This document shows, piece by piece, positions 17,794-27,574 of a stretch of 64,000 nt of DNA. The stretch lies in NCBI GenBank assembly GCA_038060895.1, contig JBBTCT010000022.1, forward strand, positions 229,301 through 293,300. The letters run 5' to 3'. This DNA is from Planctomycetota bacterium. Lineage in GTDB: Bacteria > Planctomycetota > MHYJ01 > WSZJ01. Both the position numbers and the translations under genes were made by a program. Every line of letters begins with the position of its first letter. Within the stretch, counting starts at the first letter, position 1. The notes beneath the pieces are model-generated. The model saw only the letters and a list, made by a program, of their open reading frames with translations, did no database searches and had not been told where the DNA came from.

Positions 17794-19158
17794 ATGCGCA
17801 TCACACTGCTGCTCCTGTTCCTGACCTCCACCGCGTTCGCCGATCGCTGGGGGGCATACGTGGAAAACCGCACGGTGTCCCCCAACGGAAAACACTACGT
17901 CGTCGCCAGAAGCCCCGAGTTCATGAAGCTCTCCTTCCAGATCTGCCGCCGCCGCGACGGTGTCGCGCCCCTTCTCCCGGCCGAGAATCCCGATCCCATC
18001 GATCGCGATTCCGAGGACAAGCTGCTGGCGGAAGGGCAGCTCGACTGGTGCCCGATTGCGATCCGGGTGCTGGACTCGGAGCCCTCGGCGGTGCTGTTCG
18101 AGAAGCACGGCGGAGTCGGGCGCGGAAACTCGCTGGCGCTGGTGGACGAGAAGGGACAGACGCGGTGGACGGTGCAGCTGGACGACCTCTTCACGGCGCA
18201 GGAGATCGAAAAGTTCATGCGCACGGTGTCGTCGATCTGGTGGTCGCAGGGGTGGTGGATTGACGAAAAGCGCGGAAAGGTCGTGGTCGTCGCGACCGGG
18301 GACGCGCTTCGCGAGGTTGACCTCAAGGACGGCAAGGTTTCGACGCCGCCGGCGAAGGTGCTGCTCCTGCGCGTGGAGGAAGGACCGGTGGCGGACCGGT
18401 GCCTGGCGCTTGAGGTGATGTCGCGGATACTGCCGGAGGGGATGACGCCGTGGGTCACGACGGTGGCGCAGGATGAGAAACAGCCGGTTGCGGTGCGGCT
18501 GCGCGCCGCGATTGCGTCGAAAAAGGCGGGTGAGGATCCGAGGGCGGGAGATCTTTTCCTGGCGGCGATCCCGAAGGGACAGCCGATCGACGAGCGGCGG
18601 TACGCAATCGGGCATCTCGGGGAGATTCTCGGTGAGAAGGCGATCCCTCACCTGCGTGAAGCGATGCGCGGGACTGCCGACGGGGCCTGGGGCTCGGCGC
18701 AGGAGGGTCTGGCGGCGTTCGGGGAGCACGCGGTGCCCGTGCTGATCGAGATGATGAAGGAAGTCAAGGAGACGCCGGACTACCGTGGAGGCGCGGCGCA
18801 CGTGCTGGCGAAGATCGGGGCGAGGTCGTCGGTGCCGGCGCTGGTCGAGACGATTTCGGACCCGGTTGAATACGTTGCGAATGCCGCGGCAAACGCGGCG
18901 ATCGCGATCGGGGCGCCGGATCTGGAGGAGAAGCTCGCCGCGATTCTGCTGAAGGGATCGACGCAGGACTCGCGCCTGGCCGGGTACTTCGAGGATCACC
19001 CGGGCGAGCGGGCGGTGGAAGCGCTCGTCGCGGCGCTAGGGCGGACGAAGCCGGATACGTACGACCGGCGGAGGGTGCTGCAAACGCTGAGGAAAATTAC
19101 GGGGAAGGATTTCGGTGAAGAGGCGGAGGATTGGAAGGCGGGGTTGAAAGGGAGGTAA
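17794..19158 (+). CDS. secreted protein with C-terminal HEAT repeats
   Basis: Signal peptide MRITLLLLFLTSTAFA; HEAT-like repeats in C-terminal half. Confidence 0.6.
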   Translation: MRITLLLLFLTSTAFADRWGAYVENRTVSPNGKHYVVARSPEFMKLSFQICRRRDGVAPLLPAENPDPIDRDSEDKLLAEGQLDWCPIAIRVLDSEPSAVLFEKHGGVGRGNSLALVDEKGQTRWTVQLDDLFTAQEIEKFMRTVSSIWWSQGWWIDEKRGKVVVVATGDALREVDLKDGKVSTPPAKVLLLRVEEGPVADRCLALEVMSRILPEGMTPWVTTVAQDEKQPVAVRLRAAIASKKAGEDPRAGDLFLAAIPKGQPIDERRYAIGHLGEILGEKAIPHLREAMRGTADGAWGSAQEGLAAFGEHAVPVLIEMMKEVKETPDYRGGAAHVLAKIGARSSVPALVETISDPVEYVANAAANAAIAIGAPDLEEKLAAILLKGSTQDSRLAGYFEDHPGERAVEALVAALGRTKPDTYDRRRVLQTLRKITGKDFGEEAEDWKAGLKGR

Positions 19159-19273
19159 CGACGGCGGAAGGAAGCTGTCCTCGCGGCGCCATTCCTCTCA
19201 GGGCGGTGCCATTTCCCATTCCCTCATGCCGGGTAGGAGGGAAAGGACAAGACGGGCGGCTGAATTGGCCTGG

Positions 19274-21091
19274 TTACTTCGCTCCCAACGTCCTCGCCCG
19301 AACAAGGTAAACCCAGACCTCCCGCCCCTTCGCCCCGTTCCTTGTGACCGCCGAGGCCACGAACGCTCTCCCGTCCTGCAGATGCGCGTCGCATCCCAGC
19401 GACACGACCTCGCAGGTCGGCGTCTGCACGGCGCCCCCTGTCTCGGACTCGGTCTCCAGTGCCTCCGCCATCGAGGCTTCGGCCAGACCCGACTGAAGCT
19501 TCACCTGCAGCCGTCCCTCGGTGGCCTGGAGGACGCCGGCGTGGAGAAGGAAGCCGTCGTTCAGCGAATCGATGACGGGATCCCAGGCCTTGGCGCCCCA
19601 GGCGATTTCCACGTCGTGCTCCGCGACGAAATCGGCGTGGCGGCCGCGAAGCGAATGGAAAGGACTCCCGGTGCGGCCGAGCGCGGACGACTGGGCGACG
19701 AGGCGCGCGGTCCCTTTCTGCACGAGCCCGAGGATGTCGCCGAAAAGCGCGTCGGGGAGCCCGCCCGCCCGCTCCAGGACGTCGCGGCGGGCGAGCCACT
19801 CGGACTCGGGGAACGCGAGAAGCCACGACTCGGCCGCGAGGTTCGCGCCAAGGCGCAACTCCAGGTCGGTCAGCGTGCGCCGGATCTTGTCCTGCACTTC
19901 CGGCGGCGCGTGCACGACGAGGTCGTCGCCGATGATGGCGTAGCGGCAGCCGTCTTCGCTCCAGGTTTCTTCGCCGGTGCCGGCCTTGATCCGCTCGTCC
20001 AGTTCGTCGAGGTCCAGGCAGGTCGGATCGGGACCCGGGCCACATCGGATTCCCCCTCCGTTCTCGGGCGGATCGTTCAGCCCCAGATGGGGGGGCCTGC
20101 GATCGAACCAGGGGAGGCGCAGCAGAGCGCCGATGCTGTAGGCACGGAAGACCTCCGCGTTTCCCGCCCGCTCGGCGACGGCGTCGGAAGCGCCCTCGAC
20201 GCGTGCGCGCAGGAGGACGGCCGTGGTCCAGCCCGGAGTGAAGGGGCGGTAATCGGTCGCAGCGAGGAGGAGGGTCCGGCCCGGCTGAAGCGCGACGTAG
20301 GTGCGGATTTCCGTGGAATCCATGCGCGGAAGTTCGAGGCGTCCGCCGGACGCCGCCGGGAGTTTGAAATCGGCCAGCTCGGCCAGGCGCGCGGTCTGGA
20401 TCAGGAGCTCGAGGTGCAACAGGTCCTCGCCCGCCGAAAAATGCGGCCGCATCTCCAGGACCGCACCTTCCTGAAGTTCGTCCATGATCGGGTCGGCGAT
20501 CGCAGACTGCTGCGCAATCTCGATGTCGAAATCTCTCACATAGGTCTTCCGCCGGAGCGACGACGCAACCGCGTAGCGCCCCCCGCCCCCGCGGGCGACC
20601 AGCCGGTGCGCCACCCGGCCGCGCGCCTTGTCAGCCGCCGCGGCCCGAAGCCCCGCCGCCGCCGCTTCGTCCAGCAATCCCGGCGCAAGCCCGTCCGCAA
20701 CCCCGGGCGCCAATTCCACCATCTCCATCTCCACCACGATCGTCCGCGCCGCCCGCTTTTCGAGCAGCTCGAGCGCTGCGGCAATCGACTGAAGCACTTC
20801 CGGCCCCGCCGTCACGCGCAGCGTCCCGTTGGCGTACTCGAGCGTGTCCACGCCGCTGTCCCACGCGCCGGCATTCACGGTCTGGCCGAGGAGAAGCGCG
20901 ATGCTGTCTCCGGTGCCCTCCGTCTCGGGGGCCGCGCCCACCGGGGGCTCGTAAACGACAAAGCCGATCCGCGGCCCGCGCTTTTCGGGACGAGGGTCCG
21001 TCAGGGAGCGCAGATCCCACGTGCGGCGCTCCTGCGCGGAAGCGGCCGTTGCGAAGGCGAGGACGGCGAGGATGGCGATTGAGACCCGCAT
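19274..21091 (-). CDS. secreted hypothetical protein, paralog B of tandem pair (internal two-fold repeat)
   Basis: Real start MRVSIAILAVLAFATAASA inside the longer track ORF; start overlaps upstream stop as TGATG. Confidence 0.55.
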   Translation of the reverse strand: MRVSIAILAVLAFATAASAQERRTWDLRSLTDPRPEKRGPRIGFVVYEPPVGAAPETEGTGDSIALLLGQTVNAGAWDSGVDTLEYANGTLRVTAGPEVLQSIAAALELLEKRAARTIVVEMEMVELAPGVADGLAPGLLDEAAAAGLRAAAADKARGRVAHRLVARGGGGRYAVASSLRRKTYVRDFDIEIAQQSAIADPIMDELQEGAVLEMRPHFSAGEDLLHLELLIQTARLAELADFKLPAASGGRLELPRMDSTEIRTYVALQPGRTLLLAATDYRPFTPGWTTAVLLRARVEGASDAVAERAGNAEVFRAYSIGALLRLPWFDRRPPHLGLNDPPENGGGIRCGPGPDPTCLDLDELDERIKAGTGEETWSEDGCRYAIIGDDLVVHAPPEVQDKIRRTLTDLELRLGANLAAESWLLAFPESEWLARRDVLERAGGLPDALFGDILGLVQKGTARLVAQSSALGRTGSPFHSLRGRHADFVAEHDVEIAWGAKAWDPVIDSLNDGFLLHAGVLQATEGRLQVKLQSGLAEASMAEALETESETGGAVQTPTCEVVSLGCDAHLQDGRAFVASAVTRNGAKGREVWVYLVRARTLGAK

Positions 21092-22899
21092 CAGCGCACC
21101 TCCGGAAAGCGGACCCGGATGAGGAGAAGGAGCGTTTCGGCGGGGCCTTCGCGTCGCGCCTCCGTCACCGCCGTCCACTCGCCGGCCTTGACGGTCGAGT
21201 CCGTCCGGATTTCGAGCAGGTCGATCGTGGTCCGGTGGATGTCGCCGCCGTGCTCCGCCCCGGTTCCAAATGCTGCGATTTCCGAACGCCACCCGAACTG
21301 GCCCTGGAGTTCCACCCGCGCGCGCCCGCCAGCGTCGGCCGCAAAGGGCCTCACGTCAAGCAGGAGCCCTTCGCGCAGGACGTCGTTGACCGGGTCCGTC
21401 GCCGCCGCTTCCTGCGCAATCTCGACGTCGCGGTCGCGCACGAAGAGCGACTCGGCGCCCGCGAACGCGTGGACGCGCTGGCCGGTGAGCCCGAGAGCCG
21501 TCGCGCCTGCGACCACGCGCGCACGGTCGCCCTTGCGCGCCGCCGCGAGAACGTCCGCCGCCGGGAGGTCGCCGCGCTCCCTGCCCTCGAGGGCCACCAC
21601 GACCGCGTCCACCGCGACCCGCTTCAGCCGGAGTTCGGCCATTCCCTTGAGCGCCGCTTCCGTCGCTTCCAGGATCCCCTGCGGTGCGACGGCCATGATG
21701 CGGTCGTGCCTGAAGCGCAGTTCGCGGCCTTCCACCGACCAGGCGTCCTCCCCGCCGGCCGACTGGCGGAGCAGCGCCCCGAGAGTGTCGTCGTCGAGCC
21801 CGGGATTGCGCGGGTCTTCGATGAAGATGACGCCGCCCTGCTGTTCGTCCCAGTCCGAGAGGTCCAGCCGCTGCCCGGGGAAATCCGTCACGTTCCATTG
21901 GAGGGTGCCGGCCTCGAGGAAGCGCATCTTGAGATCGTCGAGGCCCGCCGCGAGATCGCCGAGGGGCTCTTCGACGCGCTTGGCGCGGACCAGCGCCACG
22001 AGCGTCCAGCCGTTCTCGATGCCTTCGACGCCGCCGGGGACGAGCAGGACGGTGCGCCCCGAAGGGCACGGCCACGTCCCGGCCGCGAACCAGGCCGCGC
22101 GCGAGGGGAGCTGGATCTTTCCCTCGGGTTTCGCCTTCGCGTCGAATTCGAGCACCGTGCCCGGGCGGGCGCACTGGAAGCGGTACTCCAGGAGGACCGT
22201 CGCGCCGTCGGGGGCGAGCACCGGCCGCACGTCGAGCACGGTCCCATCCAGCACTTTCTGCACGAACGGGTCGGCGACCGTGGCCGCCTGCGCAATTTCG
22301 ATGTCGTAGTCCACCACCAGTTGCCGCTCGCGCACGTCGGCCGCGTGAAACCGAAGCCCCGGCGCGCCGCCCGATCGCAGCACCGCCACTGTCCGCCCGC
22401 GCGTCCCGCCCGCCGCCGCTTCCCGCAACGACTGCTCCTGCGCATCCGTCACGACGCCCGCTTCGAGCCCGGCCGTTTCAAGCACCCCCGGCGCCAGCAG
22501 CATGACCTCCGCATCCACCACCACCCGGCGCGCGCCGATCCGCGCGAGCACGTTCAGGGCCGCGACGATCTTCTCCTGGGCCTGCTTCGTCTGCTTGACC
22601 GTCATCCACCCGTCGCCGGCGATGTCGAGCGACGCGTCCCCCGCTTCCCACGACTCCGGCTCGACCATCCGCTGGATCGCCCAGGTCAGCGTCTCGGCGT
22701 CGAAGGCGGCCACTTCCTCGTACTCCTCGCCGTTCTCAACGGCCGAAGTATCCGGAATGGTTTTCAGGCTCAGCCTCGGTCCCGGCTTCGAACTGCCCGT
22801 AGCCCGGAGCGCGCGGACGTCGTGCGTGCGCGTCACAAAGCCAGAGTCCTCGGCCCAGGCAAGTCCCGCGGCGAGGAAGAGGACGGCGATCGGTCGCAT
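21091..22899 (-). CDS. secreted hypothetical protein, paralog A of tandem pair (internal two-fold repeat)
   Basis: Signal peptide MRPIAVLFLAAGLAWA; shares D(Y/F)DIEIAQ ... DP ... VRP module with paralog B. Confidence 0.55.
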   Translation of the reverse strand: MRPIAVLFLAAGLAWAEDSGFVTRTHDVRALRATGSSKPGPRLSLKTIPDTSAVENGEEYEEVAAFDAETLTWAIQRMVEPESWEAGDASLDIAGDGWMTVKQTKQAQEKIVAALNVLARIGARRVVVDAEVMLLAPGVLETAGLEAGVVTDAQEQSLREAAAGGTRGRTVAVLRSGGAPGLRFHAADVRERQLVVDYDIEIAQAATVADPFVQKVLDGTVLDVRPVLAPDGATVLLEYRFQCARPGTVLEFDAKAKPEGKIQLPSRAAWFAAGTWPCPSGRTVLLVPGGVEGIENGWTLVALVRAKRVEEPLGDLAAGLDDLKMRFLEAGTLQWNVTDFPGQRLDLSDWDEQQGGVIFIEDPRNPGLDDDTLGALLRQSAGGEDAWSVEGRELRFRHDRIMAVAPQGILEATEAALKGMAELRLKRVAVDAVVVALEGRERGDLPAADVLAAARKGDRARVVAGATALGLTGQRVHAFAGAESLFVRDRDVEIAQEAAATDPVNDVLREGLLLDVRPFAADAGGRARVELQGQFGWRSEIAAFGTGAEHGGDIHRTTIDLLEIRTDSTVKAGEWTAVTEARREGPAETLLLLIRVRFPEVR

Positions 22900-23229
22900 G
22901 AAGCGGTCTCCCGGGTGAATTGGCAGGGCGTCCCCCGGTGCATGAGACGGCCCGACGGGGGTGCGGGTCAAGCGCATTTCTGAAGTTCTGGGCTGGCATG
23001 GGCCGGCATGAGCTGGCGTTGGCTTAGTTCAGCAGGAAGACCAAGACCCGTACAGAGGGTGGGCTGAAACGCCAGTGACTCGGGGCCGGCCAGGGGACTA
23101 TACTCTGGTCGGGGGAGATTTTTCCGAGTGGACCGCTGCTTTGCGCTGAGATCGCTGGTGCGGGAGGGAGAAGTAATGAGCGACCTGCTCTGCGTTGGAC
23201 TTTCGAAACGCTCCGCCCCCTCTCGTGTG

Positions 23230-23253
23230 CAAGCAAGCAAGCAAGCAAGCAAG
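23230..23253. repeat. (CAAG)6 tetranucleotide microsatellite
   Basis: gcaagcaagcaagcaagcaagcaagg inside a small RBS-preceded ORF (23176-23346). Confidence 0.7.
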
Positions 23254-23364
23254 GTAACCCACCTCTCAGCGCTGTTTGCGCGCCGCCGAAAGTCGAGATG
23301 CGGAAGACCGCATGGACGCCAGATGTCGCTGTGCCTCCCAGTCTGAAGGTTTCAATGCCAAGTT

Positions 23365-24924
23365 TTGCCTGGTGCCTACGAGAGGAAATCGCCCATGGAA
23401 CGATTTGAGGCCGCACGTCGCGCACGCGCAGTTCTGCAAAATCTGGTCATCGCGGCGGCTCCGGCTGGTCAAATCCTGAATGCCACGCTTCGCGAGTGCC
23501 TCCTCCTGACTGGGGCGCGAACCGCGCTCTTCATTGGCGCCGCCGAGGTCCCAGAGCACCTTCGAAGCGTTCCCATGACCTTCGATGGACCGGGAAAGTG
23601 GCCGCCGCTTTCACCGAAACTGCTCGAAACGGTCATGCGTACGGCGAAGCCCTGGGTTCCCGTGGCAACGCCCGCGGATGGAAATGGCACTCCACCCCAC
23701 GTCTCCGAAGTGCTGTGCCTGGGCGATCGTTTCATGGGGGTCGCAGGGTTCATGCCCTGCTCGTTGGAAACTCTCGGTGAAGCGGGGCGTGAACTGCTCA
23801 CAGAGCTCCTACAGTCCATCGCCGAAGCTCTCTCCGCGGCCGTGTACCAGACGGCAATCGCCCGATTGGAGTCGGACCTGCGGCTTGCGAGAGTTGGCAA
23901 TGCCCTCACGCCGCTACCTCTCGTCGGCGGACCGACGAAGCTGCAGTCAAAGCGGCTGGTCGGCAATTCATCCCAGATGCGCGATTTGGACGGACGGATC
24001 GATCGTGCAGCCGCCACCGATGCAACGGTCCTGATCCAGGGGGAAACAGGAACGGGGAAGGAACTTGTCGCCCAGGAAATTCACGCCCGTTCGCCGCGGC
24101 GGCGGGGCCCGTTCGTCGATCAGCACATGGGAGCCTTGCCCGACGACCTGATCGAAGCGGTCATCATGGGGTACGTCAAGGACATCCACTCGCAAGCCCA
24201 CAAAGACAAGCCCGGCCAGTTCGAGCTAGCCGACAAGGGCACCTACTTCATGGACGAGGTCGGGCTGACCACCCTGATCGTGCAGGAGAAATTTCTGCGT
24301 GTTCTCCAGGAGCGAAAGGTCCGCCGCATCGGGTCGGAAGTGTCGTTCGATTTCGACACGCGCATCATTGCGGCGAGCAATCGCGATCTGCAGGAACTCG
24401 TCCGTGAAGGAAAAATGCGTGAGGACTTTTTCTACCGGCTCAAGGTCGTGACCATTCCCATCCCCCCGCTGCGTCACCATCTCGAGGACTTGCCGGCACT
24501 GTTCGAGTATTTCACCGAGCGCCTCGCCTGCAAGTGGAGCCTGCCCGCGCTTCGCGACCACAAATTCGATTCCGCCTGGGCCGCTCTCCTCGGGGGATGG
24601 TCGTGGCCCGGAAACGTTCGGGAACTTGAAAACACCGTTGAGGAGGTCGTAACGAATTCGGGAGGCGCGCCAAAGCTCGAGGAACTGGAAAAGATCATGG
24701 ACGCGAAGCGGAATGCGGCCGGGATCGAGGAGGCAGCGTCCGGCGAGCGGATTTCGCACGCCAAGCGGATGGAGAATGCCGAAGCGAACTTCCTGCGAAG
24801 CGACCTGCGCGAGAGCAACGGCAGCGTCCGCAAGGCGGCAGAGAAGAACGGCCTCTCGGAGCCGACCATGCGAAGGAAGGCAACCCGGTATCACCTCTCG
24901 ACTTCGTCAGGCGCTCAGAAATGA
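23365..24924 (+). CDS. GAF-domain AAA+ bacterial enhancer-binding-protein-type regulator (sigma-54-activator family, GAFTGA motif absent) with Fis-type HTH
   Basis: Walker A GETGTGKE, Walker B GTYFMDEVG, R-finger region, C-terminal HTH; GAFTGA replaced by KDIHSQAHKDKPG. Confidence 0.8.
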   Translation: MPGAYERKSPMERFEAARRARAVLQNLVIAAAPAGQILNATLRECLLLTGARTALFIGAAEVPEHLRSVPMTFDGPGKWPPLSPKLLETVMRTAKPWVPVATPADGNGTPPHVSEVLCLGDRFMGVAGFMPCSLETLGEAGRELLTELLQSIAEALSAAVYQTAIARLESDLRLARVGNALTPLPLVGGPTKLQSKRLVGNSSQMRDLDGRIDRAAATDATVLIQGETGTGKELVAQEIHARSPRRRGPFVDQHMGALPDDLIEAVIMGYVKDIHSQAHKDKPGQFELADKGTYFMDEVGLTTLIVQEKFLRVLQERKVRRIGSEVSFDFDTRIIAASNRDLQELVREGKMREDFFYRLKVVTIPIPPLRHHLEDLPALFEYFTERLACKWSLPALRDHKFDSAWAALLGGWSWPGNVRELENTVEEVVTNSGGAPKLEELEKIMDAKRNAAGIEEAASGERISHAKRMENAEANFLRSDLRESNGSVRKAAEKNGLSEPTMRRKATRYHLSTSSGAQK

Positions 24925-25109
24925 CGAAGCGCCGCTCATCTTTGACGAAACGCACTTCGTAAGTCGAAGCCCTGTGGTGCGCGAAACTTGTGTCGCGTGC
25001 CGCACCGGCCGGTTCCGTTGAATTCGTCAAGAGTGAGCGAGTGCCGGATCCTTTTCCGGATCCCGCCCCGGGGAATGTGAGTGGCCCGCGGCTTGCGATA
25101 AAGATTCGC

Positions 25110-25637
25110 ATGGGAGCCTGCTGCGGCGGATGCGATGAGGGCGCGAGTTGCGCTGGCAAACAGCCTGCGGCGGTTTTGCTGCCTCCGGACCTGATCATCC
25201 CGGGACCCGACCCGGATCGCACGGGAGTGCTTGAGCTGGAAGAAGTTCCGGATGAGACGACGAGCGATGAATCGGTCCCGCTGATCACGAAGTCGCTCGG
25301 CCCCACCCGGCCAGTCGCACTTAACACCCGTCTCGTCCTCACGGACGGCGGAACGACTGTCAGCGAAGCGCTGCACGTCCGGGGTTGCAACTCGGGTAGC
25401 GTCGACCTTGTCGTCTTCCTTCTGAATTCGATCTCGACCATAGACGCGGTCCTGGAGGGCGGAATCGACGGAGAAAACTACCGCCGGATTTCCTCGACGC
25501 GATTCAGCGCAGCCGGGTTTGCGAGGTTCCGATTTCGCCGGGTGGGTTACCGCTTTCTCCGAGTGTATTACAGCGCTTCCGGCTCGGCCGGTGGCGTCGC
25601 TGTCCTGACCACAACGATCAACGGTTCATCCAACTGA
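25110..25637 (+). CDS. hypothetical protein, Cys-rich N-terminus (MGACCGGCDEGASCAG); C-terminal beta-rich domain paralogous to the next gene
   Basis: Alternative upstream start at 24990; shares the IDG(E/Q)N(Y/W)R block with 25657-25980. Confidence 0.4.
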   Translation: MGACCGGCDEGASCAGKQPAAVLLPPDLIIPGPDPDRTGVLELEEVPDETTSDESVPLITKSLGPTRPVALNTRLVLTDGGTTVSEALHVRGCNSGSVDLVVFLLNSISTIDAVLEGGIDGENYRRISSTRFSAAGFARFRFRRVGYRFLRVYYSASGSAGGVAVLTTTINGSSN

Positions 25638-25656
25638 CCCCCAAAGGAGGACGTTC

Positions 25657-25980
25657 ATGGCCTATGCCAAGCTCTTTACAAACTTGTCCGTCGTCAACGG
25701 AGTTTCGCAGTACTCGCAACCGTTCAGTATGGCGGGGAACAACGCGTTCCGGTTCGGAGTGACGGTCTTCAGCAACTCCGCGACGAGTCTGACCTGTACG
25801 CCCCAAGGTTCCATCGACGGACAAAACTGGCGGGACCTCACCGCCGCAACCGGGCTCGTCGTCGGGTGGGCCTCGTTCACGCAAGGGAGCATCACCGACC
25901 TGATGGTGAGACTCGTCTGCACGGTCGTAGGAACCGGGACGATCGTCCTGGCCGCTGATGTGTACACGAGCCAGCAGTAG
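25657..25980 (+). CDS. small beta-rich hypothetical protein
   Basis: Strong RBS AAGGAGG 7 nt upstream of ATG. Confidence 0.6.
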   Translation: MAYAKLFTNLSVVNGVSQYSQPFSMAGNNAFRFGVTVFSNSATSLTCTPQGSIDGQNWRDLTAATGLVVGWASFTQGSITDLMVRLVCTVVGTGTIVLAADVYTSQQ

Positions 25981-26100
25981 GAACACGAAGAGTCGGAGCA
26001 GTCGCAACCCTCGGACCAGTCGGGGCGGAGGAGAGCCGTCGTCCGGCTCTCTTCCGTCCGGCTTCCGAAATAAAAACATCGTCGTTACAAAGAGGTCGAA

Positions 26101-26667
26101 ATGCCCGAACTTCCGCTGACCTACGTCTACGAGCCGCCGAACTGGCTTGCGCGCGCGAACGCCTACGGCTCCTGCGTCGGCGGCCGGAGATTCTCCGTCG
26201 CGCATCAGACACCCGGGACGACCGTGACGGGGCAGACCTCCTTCGTGGCCACGACTCCCACGTTCCTGATCAACCAGGCGAGCGCCGCGCACCGCGTCGT
26301 GCTCTCGAACTTCGCGCTCTGCCAGATCGGGACGCCCGCGGGAGGGACGATCCACGTGGCGCTGGCGATCGACTCGTCGGATCGATACTCCTCAGGAGGG
26401 ACGTCGATCACCCCGCAGGCGACCGCGATGCCCAGTGCGCTCACCGCGGGCTTCAGTTTCCGGTTCAACCCGACCGCCGCCGCCGCCAGCGCCGTCCGGA
26501 TCCTGAACGAGTGGACCCAGCCCGCGTGGGCCGGTTCGATTTTCAATCCCGACCTGCATGACGGCGTCCTGATCGGATACACGGGTTCGATTCTGATCTA
26601 TACGTGGGCGGCCACGACGGCGCCGACGTGGATCATCGGCGGCTTCGACGTCCTGGAGGACGAGTAG
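26101..26667 (+). CDS. hypothetical protein (Thr/Ser/Ala-rich, beta-rich)
   Basis: RBS AAGAGG upstream; abuts the next gene. Confidence 0.55.
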   Translation: MPELPLTYVYEPPNWLARANAYGSCVGGRRFSVAHQTPGTTVTGQTSFVATTPTFLINQASAAHRVVLSNFALCQIGTPAGGTIHVALAIDSSDRYSSGGTSITPQATAMPSALTAGFSFRFNPTAAAASAVRILNEWTQPAWAGSIFNPDLHDGVLIGYTGSILIYTWAATTAPTWIIGGFDVLEDE

Positions 26668-26668
26668 G

Positions 26669-27553
26669 ATGCCGACGATCCGAGACCTGAGCCAGGGCGG
26701 CGTCCAGCCTCACGCCTCGACGCACATGTCGGGAGGTTCCGACGCGATCAAGCTCGACGAGCTCGCCGCGCCTACGGACGTCACGACGCTGAATGTCTCC
26801 ACTTCGGCTCACGGGCTGACGCCGAAGCTCCCGAACGATGCGACCAAATACCTCGACGGGACTGGCGCGTTCAGCGTCCCTGCGGGAAGCGGCGGCTCCG
26901 GCTCGTACCTCGGGACCACCGTGAAGACTTCCGGCACGACGTTCACGACCGGAGCCTCCACCAACACGATCCGTGTACGCCTTCAGGCCGGCGGCGGTGG
27001 AGGCGGCGGCGCTGCGTCGAATCTATTCAGCCCCGCCGGCGGCGGTGGCGCGGGCGGATACGCGGAAAAGACATTCGCCGTGAGCCCCTCGACCGCCTAC
27101 ACCTGCGCGATCGGCGCCGCAGGAGCCGGGGGCTCGGCAGGAAACAACAACGGCTCGGCCGGAGGGAACTCCACTTTCGCAGTCGGCGGAACGACCGTCA
27201 CAGCTTTCGGCGGCAATGGCGGAATCGGAACTGCCGGCGGAAGCGGCTCATCCGCGATCTTCGTTCTGGGGGGCGCTGCCGCATCCGTCTCCACGAGCGC
27301 CGACCTGAACGCAAGCGGCTCGCCGGGAGGGTTCGGGACAGGAAGTGGCGGCATTGGTGGTAGCGGCGCCTCGGGAGCCGGAGGTTCGTGCCTCTTCGGC
27401 GCCGGCGGAAACAGCCTCAATACCCAGAGCGGCGGCGCCGCGGGCGTCGGTTACGGCGCGGGCGGAAGCGGCGGCTGTTCGCTTTCCAGCGGCGGAAACG
27501 TTGCCGGCGGCGCAGGACTCGCCGGGGTGATCGTCGTCGAGGAGTTCTCGTAG
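26669..27553 (+). CDS. Gly-rich protein with phage tail-fibre-like N-terminal motif
   Basis: N-term HASTHMSGGSDAIKLDEL ... HGLTPKLPNDATKYLDGTGAF, then long GGxGG repeats as in phage minor tail/tail-fibre proteins. Confidence 0.55.
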   Translation: MPTIRDLSQGGVQPHASTHMSGGSDAIKLDELAAPTDVTTLNVSTSAHGLTPKLPNDATKYLDGTGAFSVPAGSGGSGSYLGTTVKTSGTTFTTGASTNTIRVRLQAGGGGGGGAASNLFSPAGGGGAGGYAEKTFAVSPSTAYTCAIGAAGAGGSAGNNNGSAGGNSTFAVGGTTVTAFGGNGGIGTAGGSGSSAIFVLGGAAASVSTSADLNASGSPGGFGTGSGGIGGSGASGAGGSCLFGAGGNSLNTQSGGAAGVGYGAGGSGGCSLSSGGNVAGGAGLAGVIVVEEFS

Positions 27554-27574
27554 CAAGATCGAGGAGATGAAGTC

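Noticed and set aside
19226-22983. Plus-strand 618-aa and 644-aa ORFs
   Set aside because: Antisense to the tandem secreted paralogs. Low-complexity.
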